Below, piece by piece: positions 38,410 through 46,369 of a stretch of DNA of 64,000 nt. The stretch is from assembly GCA_048886305.1 (NCBI GenBank), contig JBHLKV010000001.1, forward strand, positions 13,039-77,038, written 5' to 3'. The DNA comes from Candidatus Hodarchaeota archaeon (lineage in GTDB: Archaea > Asgardarchaeota > Lokiarchaeia > Sigyniarchaeales > SOKP01). The notes beneath the pieces were generated by a model. That model was not told where the DNA came from. It did no database searches and worked only from the letters and a program-made list of their open reading frames with translations. A program made the translations under genes and the position numbers. Every line of letters begins with the position of its first letter. The stretch's first letter is position 1.

Positions 38410-39909
38410 TTAAAAATTGAACTTTATTGAATTTAGATCATGTTTAATTTTATTCTGGATATCTTTATTCTCCAGTTTTGGTAATAATTCTTCGATTAAA
38501 TCTTTTAAATCTAGAGATTTTTGGGAGAGTATTTCTGGTTTACTCCAATTGGATTTTCTTAGTGGGTGATTTCTTATTATTGCTTTATTATAATTTTCAA
38601 TAGCCTCTCTATAAAATAAGCAAGCACTCTCCAAATTATTTAATCTAGAATGATAAATTGTACCTATTTTATTAAAACAAATACCTGCTCCTGCAAAATC
38701 ATTTATTTTCTCGAATTCTATAGCCGCATCTCTTATCGTATTTAAAGCTTCTTTTAAGACATTGTTTTCTCCTGTTTTAAGAAGAATATATCCAATAATA
38801 TACTTAGACTCTCCTAAGAAAAAAGAATTTTTTTCCTTTTTAGCGGTTTTGTTTAAATCATTTGCAAATTCCTCAGCAAAAACCAAATGATTATTGGATA
38901 TACATTTTTTTGATAAATCTCTTAATAACTCTAAAACTTTTTCAATGTTATGGAGTTCTTTATACTTTTCTATTCCCTGTCTGTATTTCTCAATACCTGT
39001 AAAAGCATCTTTTTTCTTAAAAGCCTGGTTTCCTTCAAAAATTAGTTGTTCGGCACTCTCTTTTATTTGTAATTCTTTTTGTTTTTTGTCGAAATCTCCA
39101 TAAAAGAAAGTATCAACATCAAAAATCATATCCTCCGACATAGGGATTTCTGTCAATAAATCATTGTTTGGTCTAATTTTTTTATTCTCATTAAACTTGT
39201 TTTTATCTTGAAATTTAGAATTGACTTCTTCTCCATAGGCTGATTGTAAAGGTTTCCCTGCTGAAGCTAATGCTGACAATTCAGATAATACATTAGCAAA
39301 AAAATATTTGCTTAATCCATCAACAACATAATCCACTTTGTGGTAGTTATTATCATACTCTGGATCGTTAACATCCATATTTACGTCGGTAAGTCGATAA
39401 ATTTCAAATCCAGTATCATATTTAGTAATTGTATGTTCTGAACCTTCAACTTTTTCCTTTTTTTTCTTTCCTAATAGAGTATGATCAAAAACTAAACCAC
39501 AAAAATCATCATTTTTTGCCTGAAATCCTAATTGATTAATAAGATCTATATATGAAAAAAAGAGTCCTAATCCGGGATGAGAGTGAAACCATCCAATCAT
39601 ATAGAATCCTTTACTATTCTTATCCAATTTTTCTTGGATTTCTTCTATAAAACCATAATGTCTTTCATCTAATTGAACATCTGTTGCATGCCCAAATGTG
39701 AGTGCTTCAGCATCTTCTATATATACAAAATCATCATCAGAATAACCTATTAAAATTCCATATATTTCTTTCCATTCCTCAGCGGGAATAGATTTATTAG
39801 CATATCTGCTAGCATATAAGATAATTGTTTTATAAGCTTCTGCTCTTACAACAACAGGCTTTTTAATTTTCTCTTTTGATTCCTCATTTGAGTTTTGTTC
39901 TTTTGACAT
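38410..39909 (-). CDS. JAB1/MPN/Mov34 (JAMM, MPN+) metalloprotease fused to C-terminal TPR-like repeats
   Basis: The JAMM motif is complete: the upstream Glu (WKEIYGILIGY) and GWFHSHPGLGLFFSYID (HxH-x7-S-xx-D). GW(F/Y)HSHPG and the following insert resemble the Rpn11/CSN5/AMSH style. Residues ~290-499 are helical TPR-like. Confidence 0.9.
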   Translation of the reverse strand: MSKEQNSNEESKEKIKKPVVVRAEAYKTIILYASRYANKSIPAEEWKEIYGILIGYSDDDFVYIEDAEALTFGHATDVQLDERHYGFIEEIQEKLDKNSKGFYMIGWFHSHPGLGLFFSYIDLINQLGFQAKNDDFCGLVFDHTLLGKKKKEKVEGSEHTITKYDTGFEIYRLTDVNMDVNDPEYDNNYHKVDYVVDGLSKYFFANVLSELSALASAGKPLQSAYGEEVNSKFQDKNKFNENKKIRPNNDLLTEIPMSEDMIFDVDTFFYGDFDKKQKELQIKESAEQLIFEGNQAFKKKDAFTGIEKYRQGIEKYKELHNIEKVLELLRDLSKKCISNNHLVFAEEFANDLNKTAKKEKNSFFLGESKYIIGYILLKTGENNVLKEALNTIRDAAIEFEKINDFAGAGICFNKIGTIYHSRLNNLESACLFYREAIENYNKAIIRNHPLRKSNWSKPEILSQKSLDLKDLIEELLPKLENKDIQNKIKHDLNSIKFNF

Positions 39910-40042
39910 GCTTTTTTCTTTCTGAATATAATTTTGTATTAAATTGCTATTCTAGAATTATAATAGGGCTATTATTAATTAAAATTATTTATATTTGAGA
40001 TGTAATAAAAATAAATTTGAAAAATTAAGTTTTCTTTTAAGA

Positions 40043-40597
40043 TTATTTTAAAACTAAATCCATAAATCTTTCTTTGATTTCTTCTGGTAGGAGTGGAATA
40101 TTTTCTACTTGTTCGCTTCCAGGCATCGTTTTAATTAACACTAGATGACAACCCCCTCCTATCTCTCTTAATATCGAAGAAATTTCATGTCTTTCTTCAA
40201 TCACAAATATAGATTCAAATCCTGCGCCTTGAGCTATTATTTCTAATTTTGTTTTTCGGCGTGTATAAGACATCTGGTCTCCTGTAGAGCCATAAGAACC
40301 ATTATCTATAATTATTAAAGTCAAATTTCTTGGAGCATTATTTGCGATTGTACTTAAACTACCTAAGTTCATAAGTATTGAACCATCGCCATCAATACAC
40401 CATACTCTTCTTTTAGATTGGGATATCGCTAACCCAAATGCAATTGAAGAAGATAGTCCCATGGAACCCATCATGTAGAAATTCTCTAATCTATCTTTGA
40501 TATTATATAGCTCTCTTGACGGATCTCCAAGATTACATACTACTAACTCGTCTGTTAATATTTCAGAAATTTCTTTTAATGCCTCATATCTTCTCAT
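40043..40597 (-). CDS. comE: thiamine-diphosphate-dependent decarboxylase, beta subunit (sulfopyruvate/phosphonopyruvate decarboxylase ComE-like)
   Basis: 184 aa TPP-binding C-terminal module with GSMGLSS and IDGDGS..MNLGSL..IIIDNGSYGSTG. It starts 1 nt after the alpha-subunit stop. Confidence 0.75.
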   Translation of the reverse strand: MRRYEALKEISEILTDELVVCNLGDPSRELYNIKDRLENFYMMGSMGLSSSIAFGLAISQSKRRVWCIDGDGSILMNLGSLSTIANNAPRNLTLIIIDNGSYGSTGDQMSYTRRKTKLEIIAQGAGFESIFVIEERHEISSILREIGGGCHLVLIKTMPGSEQVENIPLLPEEIKERFMDLVLK

Positions 40598-40598
40598 T

Positions 40599-41093
40599 TT
40601 AGCTTACCCACAAAGTTCTTTTAAGAATAATAGCTACTGGTTTTTTAGTTTTCTTAGCTTTATCAACTACTTTTGTAATCTCCTTAATATTTTCAGAAGA
40701 ACTTAAAATAAGTGTCTCAATTGATATAAGTTTTAAAAGATCAATTGTGACTTGACCCATTGGCATCTGTGCAATAATTTTTTCTCCTTCTGCTCCTCGA
40801 TGACTCATAATAAAAATAACTGGTATCTTATATAATTCGAGCAGAGATTTTATAGCATTTATAGAATTACCTAATCCAGAATTTTGCATTAAAATAGCTG
40901 GAATCTTACCCCCGAGGTAAGCTCCTGCTGCAATTCCTACACCTTCCTCTTCTCGAGTCACTTGAATATGTTCAATCTCATTTTTTTCATCAATAAGTTT
41001 TAATAAATTTTTAAGCATGATGCAAGGTACCGACAACAAGAGGTTTATTCCAGTACTTTTAATTGTTTCATATAATTTTAGATCTATACTCAT
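40599..41093 (-). CDS. comD: thiamine-diphosphate-dependent decarboxylase, alpha subunit (ComD-like)
   Basis: 164 aa pyrimidine-binding module. VTREEEGVGIAAGAYLGG and LMQNSGLGNSINA match M. jannaschii ComD (from memory). Confidence 0.75.
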   Translation of the reverse strand: MSIDLKLYETIKSTGINLLLSVPCIMLKNLLKLIDEKNEIEHIQVTREEEGVGIAAGAYLGGKIPAILMQNSGLGNSINAIKSLLELYKIPVIFIMSHRGAEGEKIIAQMPMGQVTIDLLKLISIETLILSSSENIKEITKVVDKAKKTKKPVAIILKRTLWVS

Positions 41094-41156
41094 AAATCTT
41101 CTTTTTTCATATTCCTAATAATTATTGAAATAGTTTTGTTCAAACTAAATTTATGC

Positions 41157-42371
41157 TTAAATAATACCTTTTCTTTTAAAATTACTTATATCATCATCAT
41201 TATAATTAAGTGATTTTAATATCTCTTTAGTATGTTGACCTATTTTCGGAGCCAAATTTCTTATTGTTAAGGGTGTTCTTGAATATTTAATTGGAGTACC
41301 CACATTTTGAATCCTTCCAAATTTGGGATGGTTCATCTCAACAACCATTTTACGAGCTCTAATTTGAGGATCTTCACATGCCTCTGCAAATGAGTTTATT
41401 GGCATGACACATGCATCTAAATCTTTAAAAATTTCCGTCCATTCTTTTTGAGTTTTCTTTATGAATTCTTTTTGAAGTTCATGAAATACCCATTCTTTTT
41501 CTTCTCCTTGTACAGTCTGTTTTAATTTTAAATCTTCACGACCAAGACCATCACATAAATCTCGCCAAAATTTAACTTCAATAACCCCGACAGATACAAA
41601 TTTGTTATCTTTTGTTTTATAAACGGAATAAAATGGAGAATCACCATGTAAAGGATTTTGGGTTTTTATACCTTCATTTAAATCTTTAGAAAAATGATAA
41701 GCTGCTGCCATTGGCATAAAGGAAAATACTGAATCGGTCATTGAAATATCAATAAACTGACCTCTTTTTTCAGGATTATTGTCTCTTTCAATAATCGCAC
41801 CTAAAATACTGATAGTTGAAACTAAACCACCTCCAATATCAGCAGCTTGTATGCCAGGAACTATAGGGAATCTATCTTTGTCCTCACGACCTATAATTCT
41901 TCTTTCCTTATTTAAATGTAAAATGCCACAGATTCCAATATAATTAAGATCATGACCCGCTATTTGTTCATACGGTCCATTTTGCCCATAACCTGTTAAA
42001 GAGCAGCAAATTATTGACGGATTAATTGAAGAAAGGGTATCATAATCAATTTTTAATTTAATTGTTACTTTTGGTCTAAAAGTATCAAGCACAACATCAG
42101 CGGTTTTAACTAACTCATAAAAAATTTCTCTTGCTTTCTCTTTTTTCAAATTGAGAGTAATTGATTTTTTATTTCTCATGAGAATTGAATTGAAAGCACT
42201 TTCACGATACCTACCTTTCTGAAAAAAGGGAGGTGGATTAGCATAGGGATATTTAGGATCTTCTACTCGGATAACTTCTGCACCAAGATCAGCTAGTATC
42301 ATAGAACAATATGGACCTGGTAACATTCTCGTAAGATCAAGAACGACTTTTCCTTCTAATGGTAATGACAT
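41157..42371 (-). CDS. family III CoA-transferase (CaiB/BaiF; alpha-methylacyl-CoA racemase-like)
   Basis: N-terminal PLEGKVVLDLTRMLPGPYCSMILADLGAEVIRVE and AGHDLNYIG (AMACR-type GHDxNY). Confidence 0.85.
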   Translation of the reverse strand: MSLPLEGKVVLDLTRMLPGPYCSMILADLGAEVIRVEDPKYPYANPPPFFQKGRYRESAFNSILMRNKKSITLNLKKEKAREIFYELVKTADVVLDTFRPKVTIKLKIDYDTLSSINPSIICCSLTGYGQNGPYEQIAGHDLNYIGICGILHLNKERRIIGREDKDRFPIVPGIQAADIGGGLVSTISILGAIIERDNNPEKRGQFIDISMTDSVFSFMPMAAAYHFSKDLNEGIKTQNPLHGDSPFYSVYKTKDNKFVSVGVIEVKFWRDLCDGLGREDLKLKQTVQGEEKEWVFHELQKEFIKKTQKEWTEIFKDLDACVMPINSFAEACEDPQIRARKMVVEMNHPKFGRIQNVGTPIKYSRTPLTIRNLAPKIGQHTKEILKSLNYNDDDISNFKRKGII

Positions 42372-42445
42372 AATAATAAAAAAATTAGATTACATAAAAG
42401 GTTTCAAAATTTTGAAAAAAAAAGAAAAAAAATAAGAAAATCCCC

Positions 42446-43612
42446 CTACCTATCAATTAAAGATTCTGAATTAATCAAAGGCTCAGTATTTTTTATATCT
42501 ATTATTTTTAAATGCTTAAGCTTTCTAATATTTTTGTCTTCTGTGATTTTGTTGAATCCTAAGTATATATTCTGCAACTTTTTTAATCTTTCTATCCCTT
42601 TTATTTTAGTAAAGTTAATATCCCGCAAATCAAGAAATTTTAATCTTTTGAGTCTTTCCAATCCTTTAATTTCTTTAATTTTATTGTGGCTAAGATCTAA
42701 GAATTCTAATTTAGTTAAATTTCTTAATCCTTTTATTTCGGTAATATTATTACTGCTAAGATCTAATCTTTTTAAATTTTTAAGACTCTGTAGGCCTTTT
42801 ATTTCAGTAATTTGATTATTGCGAAGGTTTAAAATTTCTAATTGTGTCAAATTATTTAAATCATTTATTTCAGATATTTGGTTATCAAAAAGCAGTAAGG
42901 ATTTTAGATTACTAAGATTGCTAATTCCCCCAATTTCTGAAATCTCATTATTGTTAAGATAGAGGTATTCTAATTTTTTTAAATTTTTTAAACCATAGAT
43001 TTTTTTTATTCTATTACCTTGAATATGCAATGATTTTAAATTTGATAGTTTTTCCAGTCCGTTAATCTCCTCAATTTGATTAAAATTAAGATATATCTTT
43101 TTTAAATGAATAAGATTGTCTATTCCATTTACTTTTGATATATCATCAATATTTTTATAATTTAAATTTATGATGGGATATTTTCTTAAGGGGAAATAAA
43201 TATTATTATTGAAATTTACATACTTTATTAATTGTAGCAACGAGTTCAATTTAGGAATTGATGTTTTTTCCAATGCTTTTATTATTGAAATTAAGGATGA
43301 TTCTGATGATTCATGAATTAATGCCCACTTAATTGGTTCAAATGCTTTTTCGGGGAAGTTTTGAATAATCAATTTTGCAGCAAATCCTCTTACAGTATCA
43401 TTTAAATCTGAAATTAAAAGATTTTCCAAGAATCTAAATGTTTTTTCTCCTTTAAATCCAATTAAACCTAAAAAATTTAATCCTAAAATACAGGTATTAT
43501 AATCCTGATCAAGAGAATTTTCAATAAATATTATTAGTAGTTCAGAGGCTTCTTTTTTGTTTAATACCTTGTCTTGATAATCCTTATAGATTTTTTTAGG
43601 TGTTAAATTCAA
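42446..43612 (-). CDS. HEAT-like N-terminal domain plus SDS22-class leucine-rich repeats
   Basis: Residues ~165-380 form 9-10 units of 22 aa with consensus LxxLxxLxxLxLxxNxIxEIxG. The N-terminal ~150 aa are helical repeats (..DTVRGFAAKLI..). The start is TTG, with no in-frame ATG for more than 70 codons. Confidence 0.85.
   Translation of the reverse strand: MNLTPKKIYKDYQDKVLNKKEASELLIIFIENSLDQDYNTCILGLNFLGLIGFKGEKTFRFLENLLISDLNDTVRGFAAKLIIQNFPEKAFEPIKWALIHESSESSLISIIKALEKTSIPKLNSLLQLIKYVNFNNNIYFPLRKYPIINLNYKNIDDISKVNGIDNLIHLKKIYLNFNQIEEINGLEKLSNLKSLHIQGNRIKKIYGLKNLKKLEYLYLNNNEISEIGGISNLSNLKSLLLFDNQISEINDLNNLTQLEILNLRNNQITEIKGLQSLKNLKRLDLSSNNITEIKGLRNLTKLEFLDLSHNKIKEIKGLERLKRLKFLDLRDINFTKIKGIERLKKLQNIYLGFNKITEDKNIRKLKHLKIIDIKNTEPLINSESLIDR
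42472..43120 (-). repeat. tandem 66-nt coding repeats (22-residue LRR units)
   Basis: The periodicity is read from the translated sequence. It also generates the shadow ORF at 42534-42815 on the plus strand. Confidence 0.75.
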
Positions 43613-43741
43613 TATTCATTAACTTTTTGCTTATGAATCTAATCAAAAGTGAATCTTATATAATATTAATAATATATGAGTTAAATTAATTACTCTATTT
43701 ATGAAAAGCTAAATAAATTTTACAAAAAAAATAATATAAAA

Positions 43742-44248
43742 TTATAACTCAATAATCTCTGCTGCCATTTTATTTGTATCCACAATAGCAAATGTAGCCT
43801 TTCCTGTTAGATATCCACAGAGTTCACCTGGATTCACCACTAATACTCCATTTTCATATTTTTTATTCATTAAAGCATGAGTATGACCAAATAAAATAAT
43901 ATCAAACTTCCCTGAGGTAGCGATTGCATCAACAGTTTCTTGATTAGGCATATGTGATGCGAAAATTTTTTTTCCATCAAATTCTGAAATTAACTCCATT
44001 CCTACAAGATCACAGATCTGTCCTAAATTTTGATTTAAAAAAATCCTATCCCCATCATTGTTTCCATATACACCAAAAAACCTTTCTTTTATATTTTCAT
44101 TTAAACCATCAAACCATCTAACAACAAACGCAGAAATGTAATCTCCGCAATGGATTACTGCATCCACATCTTTTTTATTTATTTTGGATACAGCTTTTAT
44201 TATATTTTTCTTATGATCATGTGAATCTGATATAACTGCTATTCGCAT
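43742..44248 (-). CDS. MJ0936/YfcE-type metallophosphoesterase (phosphodiesterase)
   Basis: From the ATG at 44248, MRIAVISDSHDH, HCGD, GNNDGD, HMP and GHTH..NPGE are collinear with M. jannaschii MJ0936 (from memory). Confidence 0.85.
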   Translation of the reverse strand: MRIAVISDSHDHKKNIIKAVSKINKKDVDAVIHCGDYISAFVVRWFDGLNENIKERFFGVYGNNDGDRIFLNQNLGQICDLVGMELISEFDGKKIFASHMPNQETVDAIATSGKFDIILFGHTHALMNKKYENGVLVVNPGELCGYLTGKATFAIVDTNKMAAEIIEL

Positions 44249-44378
44249 TTTTTCCAACTCATAATATCCTAAAATAGTTAATAATGAGAATTTATAAAAA
44301 GATTCTTAACATAAAAAGATATATTATTTAGTTGTATAAATTAATAAATGTAATAAATGAGTATGATTTGATTTTCGT

Positions 44379-45452
44379 ATGATTGAGGATTTCTTTAAAA
44401 GAGAAAAAACAGTTATAGATGAAGAGTTAGAAGATTATTTTGCTAAATTGAATAGAGATGAAAAAGATATACTTCTAAAAGATTTTACTTCCCAACTCGA
44501 GGAATTTATATTAAATCCAAAAGCTAAAAGAATTCATCCTATTTTATTAATTGCTTCCTTTACAGGAATAATAAATCCAATGTATTTAGAAGATCAAATA
44601 AATCAAATTCGAAAAGTATCATTAGCTGTAGAATTATTACATAGTGGATATTTAATCCATGATGATCTCATAGATAATGATAATATAAGAAGAGGGAAAC
44701 CTACTTTTCATATTCAATTGAAAAATGAGATAAATAAAATATTTAAAGGAATAAATGTCACGAATAAAGATAAATTGATAGAAAACTTTTCACGTGATAT
44801 TTCAATAATGGGAGGCCTTCAAGGCTATCTGCTAGGATTAAATATTTTAAAATCTTCAAAATTCCCTGATAATCTAAAATTATTAGCTATAAACGAATAT
44901 ACAATGGCTATGGATTATTTAATGAAAGGACAAATAATTGAAGAATATATGGATTACCATAAAATAACCATGTCCTTAGAACAGTATTTAAATATCGCTG
45001 AGCTACAACGAGCTAGCCTCTTTGAGATTTCAACCAAGATTGGAGCAATTTTAGCAAAGGGAAATTTACTTTATCAAATTAAACCCTTATCAGAAGCAAT
45101 GGCTAGAATTGGTCAAGCATACGCTATTCGAGATGATATTCTTGATTTAAAAGATGATATCAAAAGAAAGAAAAAGAAAATTATTTATATTTTAGCTATC
45201 CAAAATAGTGACGAGGTCCAATCAAAAACATTAAATGAAATATTTAATAAAGAGAGTTTATCTAACAACGATGTTAAATTAGTAGAAGAAATCTTTAGTG
45301 AAACAAACGCAATTATTATAGCAGAACATTTCTCGAAAAACTTGATTTCTCAGGCTAAAAATTTCTTAAAAGATATTTATCCTGATTTAAATAAAGAACA
45401 AAAAATCTTTTTTAATGAATTCTCAGATTATATTTATATGAGAGAATTTTAA
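44379..45452 (+). CDS. trans-polyprenyl diphosphate synthase (GGPP synthase-like)
   Basis: First Asp-rich motif LIHDDLIDNDNIRRG and second Asp-rich motif AIRDDILD. Confidence 0.9.
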   Translation: MIEDFFKREKTVIDEELEDYFAKLNRDEKDILLKDFTSQLEEFILNPKAKRIHPILLIASFTGIINPMYLEDQINQIRKVSLAVELLHSGYLIHDDLIDNDNIRRGKPTFHIQLKNEINKIFKGINVTNKDKLIENFSRDISIMGGLQGYLLGLNILKSSKFPDNLKLLAINEYTMAMDYLMKGQIIEEYMDYHKITMSLEQYLNIAELQRASLFEISTKIGAILAKGNLLYQIKPLSEAMARIGQAYAIRDDILDLKDDIKRKKKKIIYILAIQNSDEVQSKTLNEIFNKESLSNNDVKLVEEIFSETNAIIIAEHFSKNLISQAKNFLKDIYPDLNKEQKIFFNEFSDYIYMREF

Positions 45453-45469
45453 ACATCTTCTATTTTGTT

Positions 45470-46066
45470 TTATAATACAATATATGGTTTATTTTGTTTT
45501 TTAAACATCAAATTATTTAACTCTTTAAAGACTTTTAATACATTATAATTTTCTAAGGCAGAGGTTTTGTAAAAGCCATCTAAATGTTTCTCGTCAACAT
45601 ATTCAAGAATTATATCATCAGGGATGATTGCGGTATTAGCTGTTTTGTCTAGTAAATCACTTTTGCTTCCTACTAAAATAATGGGAATTTGAGAATCTAC
45701 AGCATACTTAATTAAATTATCATACCAAAAGTCTAATTGCTCAAAAGATGAGTAATTAATTAAATCAAATACTAATAGAGCTCCATTAGCTCCTTCTATA
45801 AACTTAGGTATTAAAGGTTTAAACCTTTCCTGACCTCCAAAATCAAAAATAGAATTTAACACAAAATTTTCTTTTGAGTCATTTAAATGGTCTTTCTTAT
45901 GAATTCCCAAGTAAATCGAGTGAAAATTTATTCCTATTGTGAGTGATGTGTCTATATTAAATGAGTTAAAACAAATTCTGTTAAATAAGCAGGTTTTTCC
46001 AACACTAGCAGGACCACAAATCGTAACTTTATAGTTATATAATGCTTCTTTATCGCTAGATACCAT
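45470..46066 (-). CDS. stand-alone Rab/Ras-like small GTPase
   Basis: G1 GPASVGKT, Rab-like switch I TIGINF, G3 DFGGQERF, G4 variant GSKSD and G5 TSAL. There is no C-terminal Cys lipidation motif. Confidence 0.9.
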   Translation of the reverse strand: MVSSDKEALYNYKVTICGPASVGKTCLFNRICFNSFNIDTSLTIGINFHSIYLGIHKKDHLNDSKENFVLNSIFDFGGQERFKPLIPKFIEGANGALLVFDLINYSSFEQLDFWYDNLIKYAVDSQIPIILVGSKSDLLDKTANTAIIPDDIILEYVDEKHLDGFYKTSALENYNVLKVFKELNNLMFKKQNKPYIVL

Positions 46067-46369
46067 AATTGAAAAAACCCTAAATTAAATAAAAATACTC
46101 AATAATATTTGTACAAATGTAATTTAGAAAATAATTTTAAATTTAAATACTTAATTCTTCTAATTTAGCTTGCCCTTTCCTTTAAAAACAGGAAACTGAC
46201 AACCAATTATTGAGTCAGAGTATTCTTTTTATTTTGTTTAAAAGAAACTAATTGTCCAAATAAGGTCTTCTTAAGATAATATTATTATTTTATAATAATA
46301 ATATCTAAAAATCCCTTTTCCTTTATAATGATAGTAAATATAATTATTTCAATTCTTTAATAATCATTT

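Noticed and set aside
40043-41093. Reading ComDE as evidence for coenzyme M biosynthesis, and hence methanogenesis or alkane metabolism.
   Set aside because: No mcr, comA/B/C or methyltransferase genes are in the window. The same enzyme family serves phosphonate synthesis and possibly other 2-oxoacids. It is reported only as an open question.
42446-46066. The idea that the SDS22-type LRR gene and the Rab-like GTPase gene form a split ROCO (LRR-Roc-COR) system.
   Set aside because: They are 1.9 kb apart, with a phosphodiesterase and an oppositely oriented GGPP synthase between them. No COR-like domain is present, and the GTPase motifs look Rab-like rather than Roc-like.
46274-46306. An AT-only quasi-palindrome AGATAATATTATTATTTTATAATAATAATATCT, and two weak hairpins at ~46185-46235, in the divergent spacer between the GTPase and radical SAM genes.
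   Set aside because: The palindrome is imperfect, with arms offset by one base, and is pure low-complexity AT. The hairpins have only 5-6 bp stems. This is insufficient for an ncRNA or regulatory call.
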